A DNA stretch of 64,000 nucleotides from an uncultured Bacteroidales bacterium (GCA_963732435.1 CAVSZL010000006.1:402579-466578), one strand, 5' to 3'; shown: positions 8,881 through 18,245, numbered from the stretch's first letter. Notes: generated by a model not told the origin, from the letters alone. A program made the numbers and translations.

Positions 8881-10827
8881 TTATTGCATTCGTTTTATTC
8901 TCACCCCCTCCGGCTGACTAATAATAATAGGAACCTGTTCTTCAACAGTATTACAACTGTCTAACTGTAAAGCCTTAATATCAGATATGCAGAAAAGCCT
9001 TGAAATACTATGAAGTGAAAGAGTTAGATTTTCGATACTTGAAAGCTTATAATCCTGAGGCATCACCCTGTCAATAAGCACATATTTAAAATCAGCCGGC
9101 ATAGAATGTTTTCTTAAGGAGGGATAATTACTATCAATTGAAATTTGCTCCGTTTCAATAAGATCAGCTAAAATCTCCCTGAAGTAAAGGTTGATTTTGG
9201 GTTCCACTTTAAATCCCAGGTGAAAATCGACCCTTATTAATACTCTTGGAATTATTTCTGTTACCTGGTATTCAAATCTGTATGGTTCATCCACGCCGTT
9301 AACATGCAGTAGCCAGTAAGTATCTGCCCTCTTGGGTTGTTTCTGAAATATAGAAAATATCACTTTTGACTCTACCTGATCCTGCCTGTTGGCTTTAATT
9401 ATATAAACAAGATTAGTAGCTGTTTTAGGAACAGATTCATCCTGTGAGAGATCTTTAAACATTTCAGAATACTTCCTAAGATCAGTAAAGGTTACATATC
9501 TGTTCTTCAATTTTCTGCCAAAAAACCATCCATACATTATAATTATAAACAGAGAAGCCAAAAGAAGTGTAACCCATCCACCGTCATTAAATTTATGGAG
9601 GTTAGCTACCAGGAAACTTCCTTCAATCACCAGAAATGTAATAAAAATCAACAATACGATTCTGTGGTTTACACGCTTCTGAAATAAATAATATGTCAGT
9701 AGGAATGTGGTCATCAACTCTGTAATTGTAATAGCCAATCCATATGCAGCAGTCATATTTTCAGAAGCTTTGAAAAAGATAACTACAAGGCTGGTTGCTA
9801 TCCAGAGATACCAGTTAACGAAAGGCAGATAAACCTGGCCACGAACCAAACTTGGATTAAGGACTCTCACTTTAGGCCAGAAATTGAGTGAAACTGCCTC
9901 TTTTATTATTGTAAATGATCCGCTTATGATAGCCTGACTGGCTATGACAGACGCGGCTAATGCTATAAGAATACCCGGTAAAAGGAACCATTTAGGCATA
10001 ATTGAATAAAAAGGATTAATGCCTGCTTCTGTTGTTCTGTTAGCCATCAGCCAGGCTCCCTGTCCAAAATAATTTATGAGAAGTGTTATCTTAACAAAGA
10101 TCCATGAAACCTGAATATTTCTTCGTCCGCAATGACCCAGATCAGCATAAAGAGCCTCAGCTCCGGTTGTGCAGAGAAATACTGCTCCCAGGAGAATGAA
10201 TGCACCGGGGTACTCACTTAAAAAACTTATTGCATAACCTGGACTGATAGCTTTTAATATTTCCGGGGAATAAATTAACTGTGATAACCCTAATAATCCC
10301 AGCATTGAAAACCAGATTACCATAATCGGACCGAAATAGCTGCCAATCGAGTGGGACCCGAATTGCTGAATAAAAAAGAGCACTGCAAGAATAAACAAAA
10401 CTATCGGTATCACAGGTATTGAAGAATTGATTAATCTTAAACCCTCAATTGAAGAAGTCACTGTGATGGCCGGAGTTATTACTCCATCGGCCAGCAAAGC
10501 TGCTGCCCCCACCATTGTCAACAAGGCTACCCAAGATGATTTCTTTCTGATTAATGCAAAAAGTGCCAGAATTCCTCCCTCGCCCTTATTATCAGCGCGA
10601 AGAGCTATAATGATATACTTTGTTGTTGTTTGCAGAGTAAGCGTCCAGAAAATACAGGATAATGATCCGAATATCAGTAGTTCATTGAATTCAGTTCCTC
10701 CCCTTAAAATAGCCTTCATAACATAAAGGGGACTTGTTCCCAGGTCACCGAAAACAATACCAAGAGTAACCAATACTCCGGCAAAAGAGAGCTTCTTAAT
10801 ATCCATTTGCCTGTCCGTTCCGTTCAT
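8881..10827 (-). CDS. kup: KUP/HAK/KT-family potassium transporter (copy 2, tandem paralog)
   Basis: 648 aa, colinear with copy 1. Motifs 'GDLGTSPLY', 'ADNKGEGGILALFALI', 'GAEALYADLGHCG'. Confidence 0.9.
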   Translation of the reverse strand: MNGTDRQMDIKKLSFAGVLVTLGIVFGDLGTSPLYVMKAILRGGTEFNELLIFGSLSCIFWTLTLQTTTKYIIIALRADNKGEGGILALFALIRKKSSWVALLTMVGAAALLADGVITPAITVTSSIEGLRLINSSIPVIPIVLFILAVLFFIQQFGSHSIGSYFGPIMVIWFSMLGLLGLSQLIYSPEILKAISPGYAISFLSEYPGAFILLGAVFLCTTGAEALYADLGHCGRRNIQVSWIFVKITLLINYFGQGAWLMANRTTEAGINPFYSIMPKWFLLPGILIALAASVIASQAIISGSFTIIKEAVSLNFWPKVRVLNPSLVRGQVYLPFVNWYLWIATSLVVIFFKASENMTAAYGLAITITELMTTFLLTYYLFQKRVNHRIVLLIFITFLVIEGSFLVANLHKFNDGGWVTLLLASLFIIIMYGWFFGRKLKNRYVTFTDLRKYSEMFKDLSQDESVPKTATNLVYIIKANRQDQVESKVIFSIFQKQPKRADTYWLLHVNGVDEPYRFEYQVTEIIPRVLIRVDFHLGFKVEPKINLYFREILADLIETEQISIDSNYPSLRKHSMPADFKYVLIDRVMPQDYKLSSIENLTLSLHSISRLFCISDIKALQLDSCNTVEEQVPIIISQPEGVRIKRMQ

Positions 10828-11026
10828 AATCCACCAGTTAAATCCTCTTCCAAATAAAATTGAACAAAAACGGCCAAAGTTAATAATTATTAATTTCCAA
10901 TGAGTTGGTTCCTTAATATTTTTAATGGTTATACTATAATATCATATGAGAACATTAAGAAATTCCAATTTTTATGAATATAATTGCAGTGCATTTGAGC
11001 AGATCCCTGAATAACAGAGAAAACAG

Positions 11027-11737
11027 ATGAATGATTCAATAACACTCCTCTCAATAACCGCAATCTCAATCGGATTTTTTCATACTCTCCTTGGGCCTGA
11101 TCATTATCTTCCATTTATTGTCCTCAGCCAGGCAAGAAAATGGTCGATCAGAAAAACTATGATTATAACTTTCCTTTGCGGACTTGGACATGTTTTGAGT
11201 TCGGTTATTCTGGGGCTTATTGGTATTCTGGTAGGGGTATCTGTCACCAAACTTGTTTCAGTGGAATCATTTCGCGGAAACATTGCTGCCTGGTTGTTTA
11301 TCGCTTTCGGCCTTGTTTATATGATTATCAGTTTAAGAAACCTGTTAAAGAAAAAGAAACACAGTCACTCTCACTATCACTTTGGTGGCGTAAAGCATCA
11401 TCACCATCACAATCATCAAGAAGAACATACTCATATTCACGAGGAAGATATGAAAAATACAACACCATGGGTCTTATTTCTTATATTCTTCTTCGGACCT
11501 TGTGAACCACTTATTCCGATATTGATGTATCCTGCTGCAGAGAATAATATTTCAGGATCAATTCTTGTATCAATACTTTTTTCGGTGGTTACAATTGGAA
11601 CCATGATGTCTATTGTATTGGTTTTTAAACTTGGATTAAGTAAGATAAACCTTAAACCTGTTGAAAGATACAGCCATCTTATTGCAGGTGCAATGATCTT
11701 CTTTTCAGGTCTGGCAATTCAATTCCTGGGGCTTTAA
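11027..11737 (+). CDS. Transition-metal (Ni/Co-type) transporter, NicO/RcnA-like, with a His-rich cytoplasmic loop
   Basis: Six predicted TM. 'GFFHTLLGPDH' resembles the RcnA 'GxxHAxxPGH' motif. His-rich loop 'HSHSHYHFGGVKHHHHHNHQEEHTHIHEE'. Confidence 0.5.
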   Translation: MNDSITLLSITAISIGFFHTLLGPDHYLPFIVLSQARKWSIRKTMIITFLCGLGHVLSSVILGLIGILVGVSVTKLVSVESFRGNIAAWLFIAFGLVYMIISLRNLLKKKKHSHSHYHFGGVKHHHHHNHQEEHTHIHEEDMKNTTPWVLFLIFFFGPCEPLIPILMYPAAENNISGSILVSILFSVVTIGTMMSIVLVFKLGLSKINLKPVERYSHLIAGAMIFFSGLAIQFLGL

Positions 11738-11766
11738 AAGCTTTTCCGGAAATCGCTTTAATCTAT

Positions 11767-11774
11767 TAGCTTTG
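11767..11774 (+). promoter_or_regulatory. Candidate Bacteroidota sigma-A -7 box TAGCTTTG (consensus TAnnTTTG), 20 nt before the DUF4290-murA start
   Basis: Exact TAnnTTTG match in the intergenic region, correctly oriented. Confidence 0.45.
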
Positions 11775-11794
11775 CATAAAATAATAATCAGATA

Positions 11795-12439
11795 ATGAAT
11801 TACGATTATAATACTCAGCGGAAAAAGATGGCTTTGCCTGAATACGGAAGGAATGTCCAGAAGATGGTCGATCATATTAAGACCATTGAAGACAGAGATG
11901 AAAGAAACCGCGCTGCAAAAACAATTATCCAGATTATGGGTAATCTGAATACACATCTGCGTGATGTTGGAGACTTTAAGCATAAATTATGGGACCACCT
12001 GGCGCTCATAGCAAGTTTTGAACTCGATATCGATTCACCATACCCCGTTCCTGAACCATCAAAATTCATCGAGAAACCAAAACAGGTGCCTTACAGACAG
12101 GGAGAAATCAGATATCTCCATTACGGACGTATAATTGAACTTATGATAAGTGCCGCAGCCGAAATGGAGGATGGAGATGAAAAAGAATATCTTACTACTC
12201 TTATTGTCAATCAGATGAAAAAATCCTATATCACCTGGAACAGAGGACAGGTAGCTGATGAGGTGATAATAAAAGATATGAAAATTCTGTCTGGTGGTAA
12301 ATTGAAGATGACAGATGGAGTTAAAATACTTGAAGTAAGAGATCTGATACCCCAGGTTAAGAGAAAACCTGCAGGAAAACCTCATGGGAAACAGCAGAAT
12401 AAACAATTCAGTAAGAAAAAAGGTTTTAGCAGACATTGA
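11795..12439 (+). CDS. DUF4290-domain protein (conserved upstream partner of murA in Bacteroidota)
   Basis: 214 aa with a basic C-terminal tail. Its stop overlaps the murA ATG (TGATG). Synteny recalled from Bacteroidota genomes. Confidence 0.65.
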   Translation: MNYDYNTQRKKMALPEYGRNVQKMVDHIKTIEDRDERNRAAKTIIQIMGNLNTHLRDVGDFKHKLWDHLALIASFELDIDSPYPVPEPSKFIEKPKQVPYRQGEIRYLHYGRIIELMISAAAEMEDGDEKEYLTTLIVNQMKKSYITWNRGQVADEVIIKDMKILSGGKLKMTDGVKILEVRDLIPQVKRKPAGKPHGKQQNKQFSKKKGFSRH

Positions 12440-13746
12440 TGAGTACTTTTATTGTAAATGGCGGAAAATCACTTAGTGGAGAAATTACTCCGCAGGGAGC
12501 AAAAAATGAAGCCTTGCAGGTTATATGTGCAATACTCCTCACCCCGGAAAAGGTTACAATAAAAAATATTCCTGATATCAGTGACGTAAACAAACTAATC
12601 GAATTGATTGGATGTATGGGCGTTACAATAACGAGGGAATCTGATTCGGCAACAACCTTCGAAGCATCAAATGTAAATCTCGATTACCTGCAAACTCATG
12701 AATTCAGGGTTCAGAGTGCAAGCCTGAGAGGCTCTATTATGATTGTTGGCCCCCTTCTTGCCAGGTTTGGAAAGGCATTCATCCCAAAACCAGGTGGAGA
12801 TAAAATTGGCCGGCGGAGAGTTGACACCCATTTCATTGGTTTTCAAAAACTTGGCGCAATATTTGAATTTGACACTTCCGATCCTTTCTTTAAGGTTGAA
12901 GCCTCATCATTAACCGGAACCTATATGCATCTCGATGAAGCTTCGGTAACCGGTACCGCCAATATAATTATGGCTGCCGTGCTGGCAAAAGGACGAACAA
13001 CAATTTACAATGCTGCCTGCGAACCTTATATTCAGCAACTGTGCCGGATGCTGGTATCAATGGGGGCAAAAATCGAGGGTATCGGGTCTAACCTGCTTTT
13101 CATTGACGGAGTTGATTATCTGAATGGTTGTGTACACACTATTCTGCCTGATATGATCGAAATAGGTTCATTCATTGGTATGGCAGCAATGACCGAGTCT
13201 GAAATAACAATTAAAAACACATCCTACGATAATCTCGGTATTATACCAGATTCATTCCGTAGACTTGGAATTAGCCTGGAACGAAAAGGTGATGATATCT
13301 TTATCCCGCATCAGAAACATTATGAAATAGAAACATTTATCGATGGTTCCATAATGACAATAGCTGATGCAATATGGCCCGGTCTTACCCCTGACCTTCT
13401 CAGTGTTTTGCTGGTAACTGCAACCCAGGCTAAGGGAGCTGTTCTTATTCATCAGAAAATGTTTGAAAGCCGCCTGTTCTTCGTGGATAAACTCATTGAC
13501 ATGGGAGCCCAGATAATTCTATGTGATCCTCATAGAGCAACAGTGATCGGAATGGATAAAATGATAAAACTCAAAGGCACTGTAATGTCTTCACCTGATA
13601 TAAGAGCTGGAGTCGCACTACTTATAGCTGCATTATCGGCAGATGGTAAGAGTACAATTCACAATATTGAACAGATCGACAGAGGCTATCAGAACATAGA
13701 TACCAGGCTTAATGCCTTGGGGGCTGATATTACAAGAATACCTTAA
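12439..13746 (+). CDS. murA: UDP-N-acetylglucosamine 1-carboxyvinyltransferase; the active-site Cys is replaced by Asp
   Basis: 'GAKNEALQ' and 'PGGDKIGRRRVDTH' align to E. coli 'PGGCTIGARPVDLH'. I take the ATG at 12439 rather than the TTG at 12436. Confidence 0.9.
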   Translation: MSTFIVNGGKSLSGEITPQGAKNEALQVICAILLTPEKVTIKNIPDISDVNKLIELIGCMGVTITRESDSATTFEASNVNLDYLQTHEFRVQSASLRGSIMIVGPLLARFGKAFIPKPGGDKIGRRRVDTHFIGFQKLGAIFEFDTSDPFFKVEASSLTGTYMHLDEASVTGTANIIMAAVLAKGRTTIYNAACEPYIQQLCRMLVSMGAKIEGIGSNLLFIDGVDYLNGCVHTILPDMIEIGSFIGMAAMTESEITIKNTSYDNLGIIPDSFRRLGISLERKGDDIFIPHQKHYEIETFIDGSIMTIADAIWPGLTPDLLSVLLVTATQAKGAVLIHQKMFESRLFFVDKLIDMGAQIILCDPHRATVIGMDKMIKLKGTVMSSPDIRAGVALLIAALSADGKSTIHNIEQIDRGYQNIDTRLNALGADITRIP

Positions 13747-13749
13747 GAA

Positions 13750-13856
13750 GCTGTAGAGGCTGTAAAAGCTATAGAGGCTGTAGAGGCTGTAAAGACATAA
13801 TGCATCAAAAGTCTTTAAAGCCCTTAAAGTTTTTATAGCTTTTACAGCCTTCTGCC
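13750..13856. repeat. Imperfect long inverted repeat built from 9-nt tandem units (GCTGTAGAG / GCTGTAAAA ...), immediately after the murA stop
   Basis: Five 9-mers at 13750-13794, a loop at 13797-13810, and a complementary arm at 13811-13856 with the same 9-nt periodicity. Confidence 0.75.
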
Positions 13857-13877
13857 AAAATGTCAAACAACAATGGT

Positions 13878-13893
13878 TGGCAGGTATTTTGAT
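13878..13893 (+). promoter_or_regulatory. Degenerate -24/-12-like element TGGCAG-GTATT-TTGA, 35 nt upstream of grpE
   Basis: GG and TTG are at sigma-54 spacing, but the -12 GC reads GA. Same architecture as the element upstream of hsp20. Confidence 0.3.
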
Positions 13894-13926
13894 AAACAAA
13901 AGTACTGAACTGAAAATGAGCTATTG

Positions 13927-14547
13927 ATGATGAAGAAAAAAACAAATGTAAAAGAGGAAGCAGCAGAAAGATCTAATGATAAACCTACTGATAACAAAGA
14001 ATATATCGAAAATCAGGATATTACTAATTCCGTTGATTCTTCTGTAACGTCATCAGAAAATGATTTTAGTCAGGTCAGCGATACTGACAAACTTGTAACT
14101 GAAGTAAGAATAGCCGAAGAAAAACTGGCAGAAATGCAGGATAAATATATTCGCCTTTCAGCCGAATTCGACAATTACAGAAGAAGAACACTTCGTGAGA
14201 AAATGGAATTATCCAAATACGCTGAAGAGAACCTGCTTCTTAAAATCATACCACTAATGGATGATTTTGACAGAGCCTTATCGCATATGGATACAGCAAC
14301 AGACTGTATTGCAATGAAAAGCGGGATTGACCTTATATATGGTAAGTTTCAGGAATTTCTTAAACAAAACGGGATAAAGGAAATAGAATCCCTTAATACA
14401 GTTTTCAATGTTGATCTCCACGAAGCCGTTGCAAAGATCGGTGTTGCGGATGAGGACAAAAAGGGAAAAGTTGTTGATGTTCTGCAAAAAGGATATTATC
14501 TGCAGGATAAAGTACTGAGATTCTCAAAAGTTGCTGTAGGTGAGTAA
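13927..14547 (+). CDS. grpE: Nucleotide exchange factor GrpE
   Basis: Coiled-coil 'DKYIRLSAEFDNYRRR' and the GrpE C-terminal domain; followed by dnaJ. ATG at 13927 preferred to TTG at 13924. Confidence 0.9.
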   Translation: MMKKKTNVKEEAAERSNDKPTDNKEYIENQDITNSVDSSVTSSENDFSQVSDTDKLVTEVRIAEEKLAEMQDKYIRLSAEFDNYRRRTLREKMELSKYAEENLLLKIIPLMDDFDRALSHMDTATDCIAMKSGIDLIYGKFQEFLKQNGIKEIESLNTVFNVDLHEAVAKIGVADEDKKGKVVDVLQKGYYLQDKVLRFSKVAVGE

Positions 14548-14595
14548 AAGGCTATAATATTAATCCTTGATAGTGGCATACTAAAAAAGACCGGA

Positions 14596-15741
14596 ATGGG
14601 AAAAAGAGATTATTATGAAGTGCTTGGAGTGTCGAAAGAGGCCACCAAAGATGAGATTAAAAAAGCTTACAGGAAGCAGGCATTGAAGTATCACCCGGAT
14701 AAAAACCCCGGGGATAAAAAATCTGAAGAAAATTTCAAGGAGGCTGCAGAAGCTTATGAAGTTTTGAGTAACGATGAGAAAAAAGCCCGGTACGACAGGT
14801 TTGGCCATGCCGGAATGGGAGGAGCTGGAAATGGATTTCAGGGCCAGGGAATGACAATGGACGATATTTTTTCATCGTTCGGTGATATTTTCGGCGATGC
14901 ATTTGGAGGATTCGGTGCATTCGGAGGAGGCAGACGCGGAAGAAGAGTAAATAAAGGAAGCAATCTCAGAGTAAAAGTTAAACTGACACTCCAGGAAATA
15001 GCTGCTGGTACCGAGAAAAAAATTAAAGTCAATAAATACTGTACCTGCGACTCATGCGGAGGAACAGGAGCTGCAAATTCATCAGGCATATCGGACTGTA
15101 CAACATGCCATGGCTCCGGACATGTAACTAGGCTCACAAATACCATGCTGGGACAGATGCAAACAACATCTGCATGCCCTTCCTGTGGCGGTGATGGTAA
15201 GACAATTACAAAAAAATGTGCTGTATGTTACGGTGAAGGTATTATACAAAAGGAAGAAATCATTAAAATCAATATTCCGGCAGGTGTTGGAAAAGGCATG
15301 CAGATGACTGTTGGCGGTAAAGGTAATGCTCCAAGAAGAGGTGGGGTAAACGGCGATCTGCTTGTAGTAATTGATGAAGAAGAACACCCGGACCTTTTAA
15401 GGGAAGGTAACGATCTTATTTATAACCTCTTTATCAGTATCCCTGATGCAATCCTGGGAACCCAGGTTGAAGTGCCTACAGTGGACAATAATGTAAAAAT
15501 AAAGATCGAACCGGGTTGCCAGCCGGGTAAGATACTCCGACTCAGAGGAAAAGGACTTCCTGAAGTTAATGGCTATGGCAGGGGAGATCTGTTGGTGAAT
15601 GTAAATGTCTGGATACCAAAAGAATTGAACAGAGAGGAACTTAAGCAAATCGAAAAACTTAAAGATTCAGCTTCCTTTGTACCGAATCCTGATAAAAACG
15701 ATAAGGGATTTTTTGAAAGAATGAGATCATATTTCGAATAA
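14596..15741 (+). CDS. dnaJ: Molecular chaperone DnaJ
   Basis: J-domain 'YHPDKNPGD', a G/F-rich linker and four CxxCxGxG zinc-finger repeats. Confidence 0.95.
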   Translation: MGKRDYYEVLGVSKEATKDEIKKAYRKQALKYHPDKNPGDKKSEENFKEAAEAYEVLSNDEKKARYDRFGHAGMGGAGNGFQGQGMTMDDIFSSFGDIFGDAFGGFGAFGGGRRGRRVNKGSNLRVKVKLTLQEIAAGTEKKIKVNKYCTCDSCGGTGAANSSGISDCTTCHGSGHVTRLTNTMLGQMQTTSACPSCGGDGKTITKKCAVCYGEGIIQKEEIIKINIPAGVGKGMQMTVGGKGNAPRRGGVNGDLLVVIDEEEHPDLLREGNDLIYNLFISIPDAILGTQVEVPTVDNNVKIKIEPGCQPGKILRLRGKGLPEVNGYGRGDLLVNVNVWIPKELNREELKQIEKLKDSASFVPNPDKNDKGFFERMRSYFE

Positions 15742-15904
15742 AAATCCGGAATCTCACATTAAGCATATCTCTGCTATTATCTTAACTCCATTTGGAAATC
15801 TCCGCATAATAAAATAACTAATAAAGAGTTGCAGTGAGAAGTAAAGAGTTTCATTGAGTTTTTTTATATTTACATCTCAATGTGAAATAATTAAATTCCT
15901 TCTC

Positions 15905-16822
15905 ATGGCTCTTTTTGAAGCGAAGAACATTACCAAACAATATGGGACCCAACTAGCCCTTGATAATGTAAGCATTTCAGTACCAGAACAATGCATTTAC
16001 GGCTTGCTTGGACCGAACGGTGCAGGTAAAACCACACTAATAAGGATAATCAACCAGATCACAGGTCCTGATTCAGGCGAGCTGTATCTAGATGGAAAAA
16101 AACTTATCCCTTCAGATGTCCAGAAAATAGGATACCTGCCTGAGGAGAGAGGATTATATAAAAAGATGAAAGTGGGAGAACAGGCCCTTTACTTTGCCCA
16201 ATTGAAAGGACTTTCCAAAGAGGAGGCAATGCGCCGGCTTAAATACTGGTTCAAAAAACTTGAAATTACCGAATGGTGGGGTAAGAAAATCGAAGAATTA
16301 TCGAAAGGAATGGCACAGAAGGTTCAGTTTGTAACAACAGTACTTCATGAACCAAGGCTTCTTATTTTTGATGAGCCATTCTCCGGATTTGATCCGGTAA
16401 ATACAAATATCATTAAAAAGGAGATCCTCTTTCTCCGTGAAAAAGGTGCAACAATTATCTTTTCAACGCATAACATGGAATCCGTTGAGGAACTTTGTGA
16501 TAATATTACTCTGATAGATAAATCAAAGACCCTGCTGGAGGGAAGTGTAAATGAAATAAGGAGTAAATGGGCTGCAAATGAATACGATCTGGTGTTTTCA
16601 GGAAACGTGGTAATCGAAAGTAACGGTCAATACAATATTCTAAAGAAGCAGACAGATAATAACAAAAGTATGTTCAGGTTGAAAACATCTGATGATATCA
16701 ATACTAATGATATACTTAAAAATGTTATGAAATCAGGGAATGTAATCTCTTTTAATCCGGCCCTCCCTTCGATGAATGAGATCTTTTTAAGAGTTATCGA
16801 AACCCGTAATCAAACAACCTAA
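15905..16822 (+). CDS. ABC transporter ATP-binding protein (ABC-2 / NatA-like)
   Basis: Walker A 'GPNGAGKTT', signature 'LSKGMAQK', Walker B 'LLIFDEP'. ATG at 15905 preferred to the upstream TTG of the ORF track. Confidence 0.85.
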   Translation: MALFEAKNITKQYGTQLALDNVSISVPEQCIYGLLGPNGAGKTTLIRIINQITGPDSGELYLDGKKLIPSDVQKIGYLPEERGLYKKMKVGEQALYFAQLKGLSKEEAMRRLKYWFKKLEITEWWGKKIEELSKGMAQKVQFVTTVLHEPRLLIFDEPFSGFDPVNTNIIKKEILFLREKGATIIFSTHNMESVEELCDNITLIDKSKTLLEGSVNEIRSKWAANEYDLVFSGNVVIESNGQYNILKKQTDNNKSMFRLKTSDDINTNDILKNVMKSGNVISFNPALPSMNEIFLRVIETRNQTT

Positions 16823-16844
16823 TTAATCTTGCAACTACGACAAT

Positions 16845-18206
16845 ATGAATAAGATATCTGTGATAATCAAGAGAGAATACGTTACCAGGGTAAGAAAGAA
16901 ATCATTTATTATTATGACTATCCTTGCCCCTGTTATAATGGCTGCCATACTTGTTTTACCTACAGTTTTGATGATGAATCAGGATGGTGATTATAAAAAG
17001 ATTGCTGTAATTGAAGACAAATCAGATTTGTTCAAGGGTGTTCTCAAAAACACCAAGGATGCTGAATTCGTATACCTTGAAAATGTGGGACTGGAAGAGA
17101 TGAAATCCTCATTTGTTAAGGCGGGTTATTATGGCATTCTGTTTATCTCACCCGAACTTGTAAATACACCCAATGCAATTCAGCTTATCTCAAAGCAACA
17201 GCCACCAATCGGACTTCTTCAACATATCGAGAACTCTATGGAAAAAGAGATTGAAAAGCAAAAACTAATGGCTTACAAGATTGATAACCTCGATGAAATA
17301 ATGAAAAATGTCGAAACCAAAGTCTCAATTCAGACAATTAAGATCGATGATTCAGGTATGGTGAAAGAGACCAGTACAGGGATAGCTATGGCTCTGGCTT
17401 ATATCCTTGGATTTCTGATGTATATGCTGGTATTCATTTTTGGATCGCAGGTGATGAGGGGAGTTATTGAGGAAAAAACCAGCAGAGTTGTTGAAGTGAT
17501 AATCTCTTCAGTAAAACCTATACAATTAATGCTGGGTAAAATCATTGGAATTGCACTGGTTGGGCTTACCCAATTCATGATATGGATTATCCTTACAATT
17601 GCTATTGCAACAGTAATTAAAGGTACAATTTTAAAAGAGAAAGATATAACCGAGATGAGTCAGTCAATTCCCCAAAATCTCATGTCAACAGATCAGCAGC
17701 AGTTAACGGCAATTACTGAAACTTCAGCGGCCTCTCCGCAACTTGCCGAGTTTTCCAAAATGTTTGATAATGCTATGAATCAGCCATGGGGTCTGATTAT
17801 AATCTGTTTTATCTTCTACTTTATTACAGGTTACCTTCTTTATGCATCAGTTTTCGCGGCTATAGGATCAGCAGTCGATAATGAAACCGAAACTCAACAA
17901 TTTATGCTCCCGGTGGCAATGCCCATAATACTCGCTCTTATGGTTGCAATGGGAACAATGCAAAATCCTGAAAGCTCACTCTCATTCTGGTGTTCGATGA
18001 TACCTCTGACCTCCCCGATAGTTATGATGGCACGGATACCTTTTGGGGTACCTTACTGGCAGATAGCCATTTCGATGGTACTAATGCTTGTTACATTTAT
18101 GGGATTTGTATGGATGGCTGCAAAAGTTTACAGAACAGGAATACTTATGTATGGGAAAAAAACCTCATGGAAAGAGATGTGGAAGTGGTTGAGATATAGT
18201 GGGTAA
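16845..18206 (+). CDS. ABC-2-type transporter permease (NatB-like)
   Basis: N-terminal TM, a large extracytoplasmic loop, then five C-terminal TM segments. Immediately follows the ATPase gene. Confidence 0.75.
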   Translation: MNKISVIIKREYVTRVRKKSFIIMTILAPVIMAAILVLPTVLMMNQDGDYKKIAVIEDKSDLFKGVLKNTKDAEFVYLENVGLEEMKSSFVKAGYYGILFISPELVNTPNAIQLISKQQPPIGLLQHIENSMEKEIEKQKLMAYKIDNLDEIMKNVETKVSIQTIKIDDSGMVKETSTGIAMALAYILGFLMYMLVFIFGSQVMRGVIEEKTSRVVEVIISSVKPIQLMLGKIIGIALVGLTQFMIWIILTIAIATVIKGTILKEKDITEMSQSIPQNLMSTDQQQLTAITETSAASPQLAEFSKMFDNAMNQPWGLIIICFIFYFITGYLLYASVFAAIGSAVDNETETQQFMLPVAMPIILALMVAMGTMQNPESSLSFWCSMIPLTSPIVMMARIPFGVPYWQIAISMVLMLVTFMGFVWMAAKVYRTGILMYGKKTSWKEMWKWLRYSG

Positions 18207-18238
18207 AAGATAAAAGATAAAAGATAAAAGACAAAAAT
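18204..18238 (+). repeat. A-rich heptamer tandem repeat (TAAAAGA x4 plus a degenerate unit), ending 8 nt before the activator gene ATG
   Basis: Read directly from the sequence. It starts at the permease stop codon. Confidence 0.85.
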
Positions 18239-18245
18239 AATTAAT

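Noticed and set aside
10551-10575. TGGCAC-TTTTT-GCAT on the minus strand, resembling a sigma-54 promoter.
   Set aside because: GG and GC are separated by 8 nt rather than 10 nt, and the site lies inside the kup coding sequence.
10828-11026. Possible c-di-AMP (ydaO-type) or other riboswitch in the kup leader.
   Set aside because: I could not find a conserved pseudoknot or ACGGGGA-type core, or any extended pairing. The region looks like a plain AT-rich divergent promoter.
11140-11505. 121-aa ORF overlapping the metal transporter gene in another frame on the same strand.
   Set aside because: The transporter frame has coherent TM segments and the His-rich loop. The alternative frame is Arg/Ser-rich with no features.
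13750-13856. Possible CRISPR array (short regular repeats). The heptamer array at 18204..18238 was considered on the same grounds.
   Set aside because: The units are 9 nt and 7 nt and directly abutting, with no spacers. No cas genes are present. These are not CRISPR.
13633-13899. 88-aa ORF with the 'SLYSLYSFYSLYSF' repeat peptide.
   Set aside because: It is produced by translating the 9-nt tandem repeat after murA on the opposite strand, and it overlaps the murA 3' end. The DNA or RNA repeat is the real feature.
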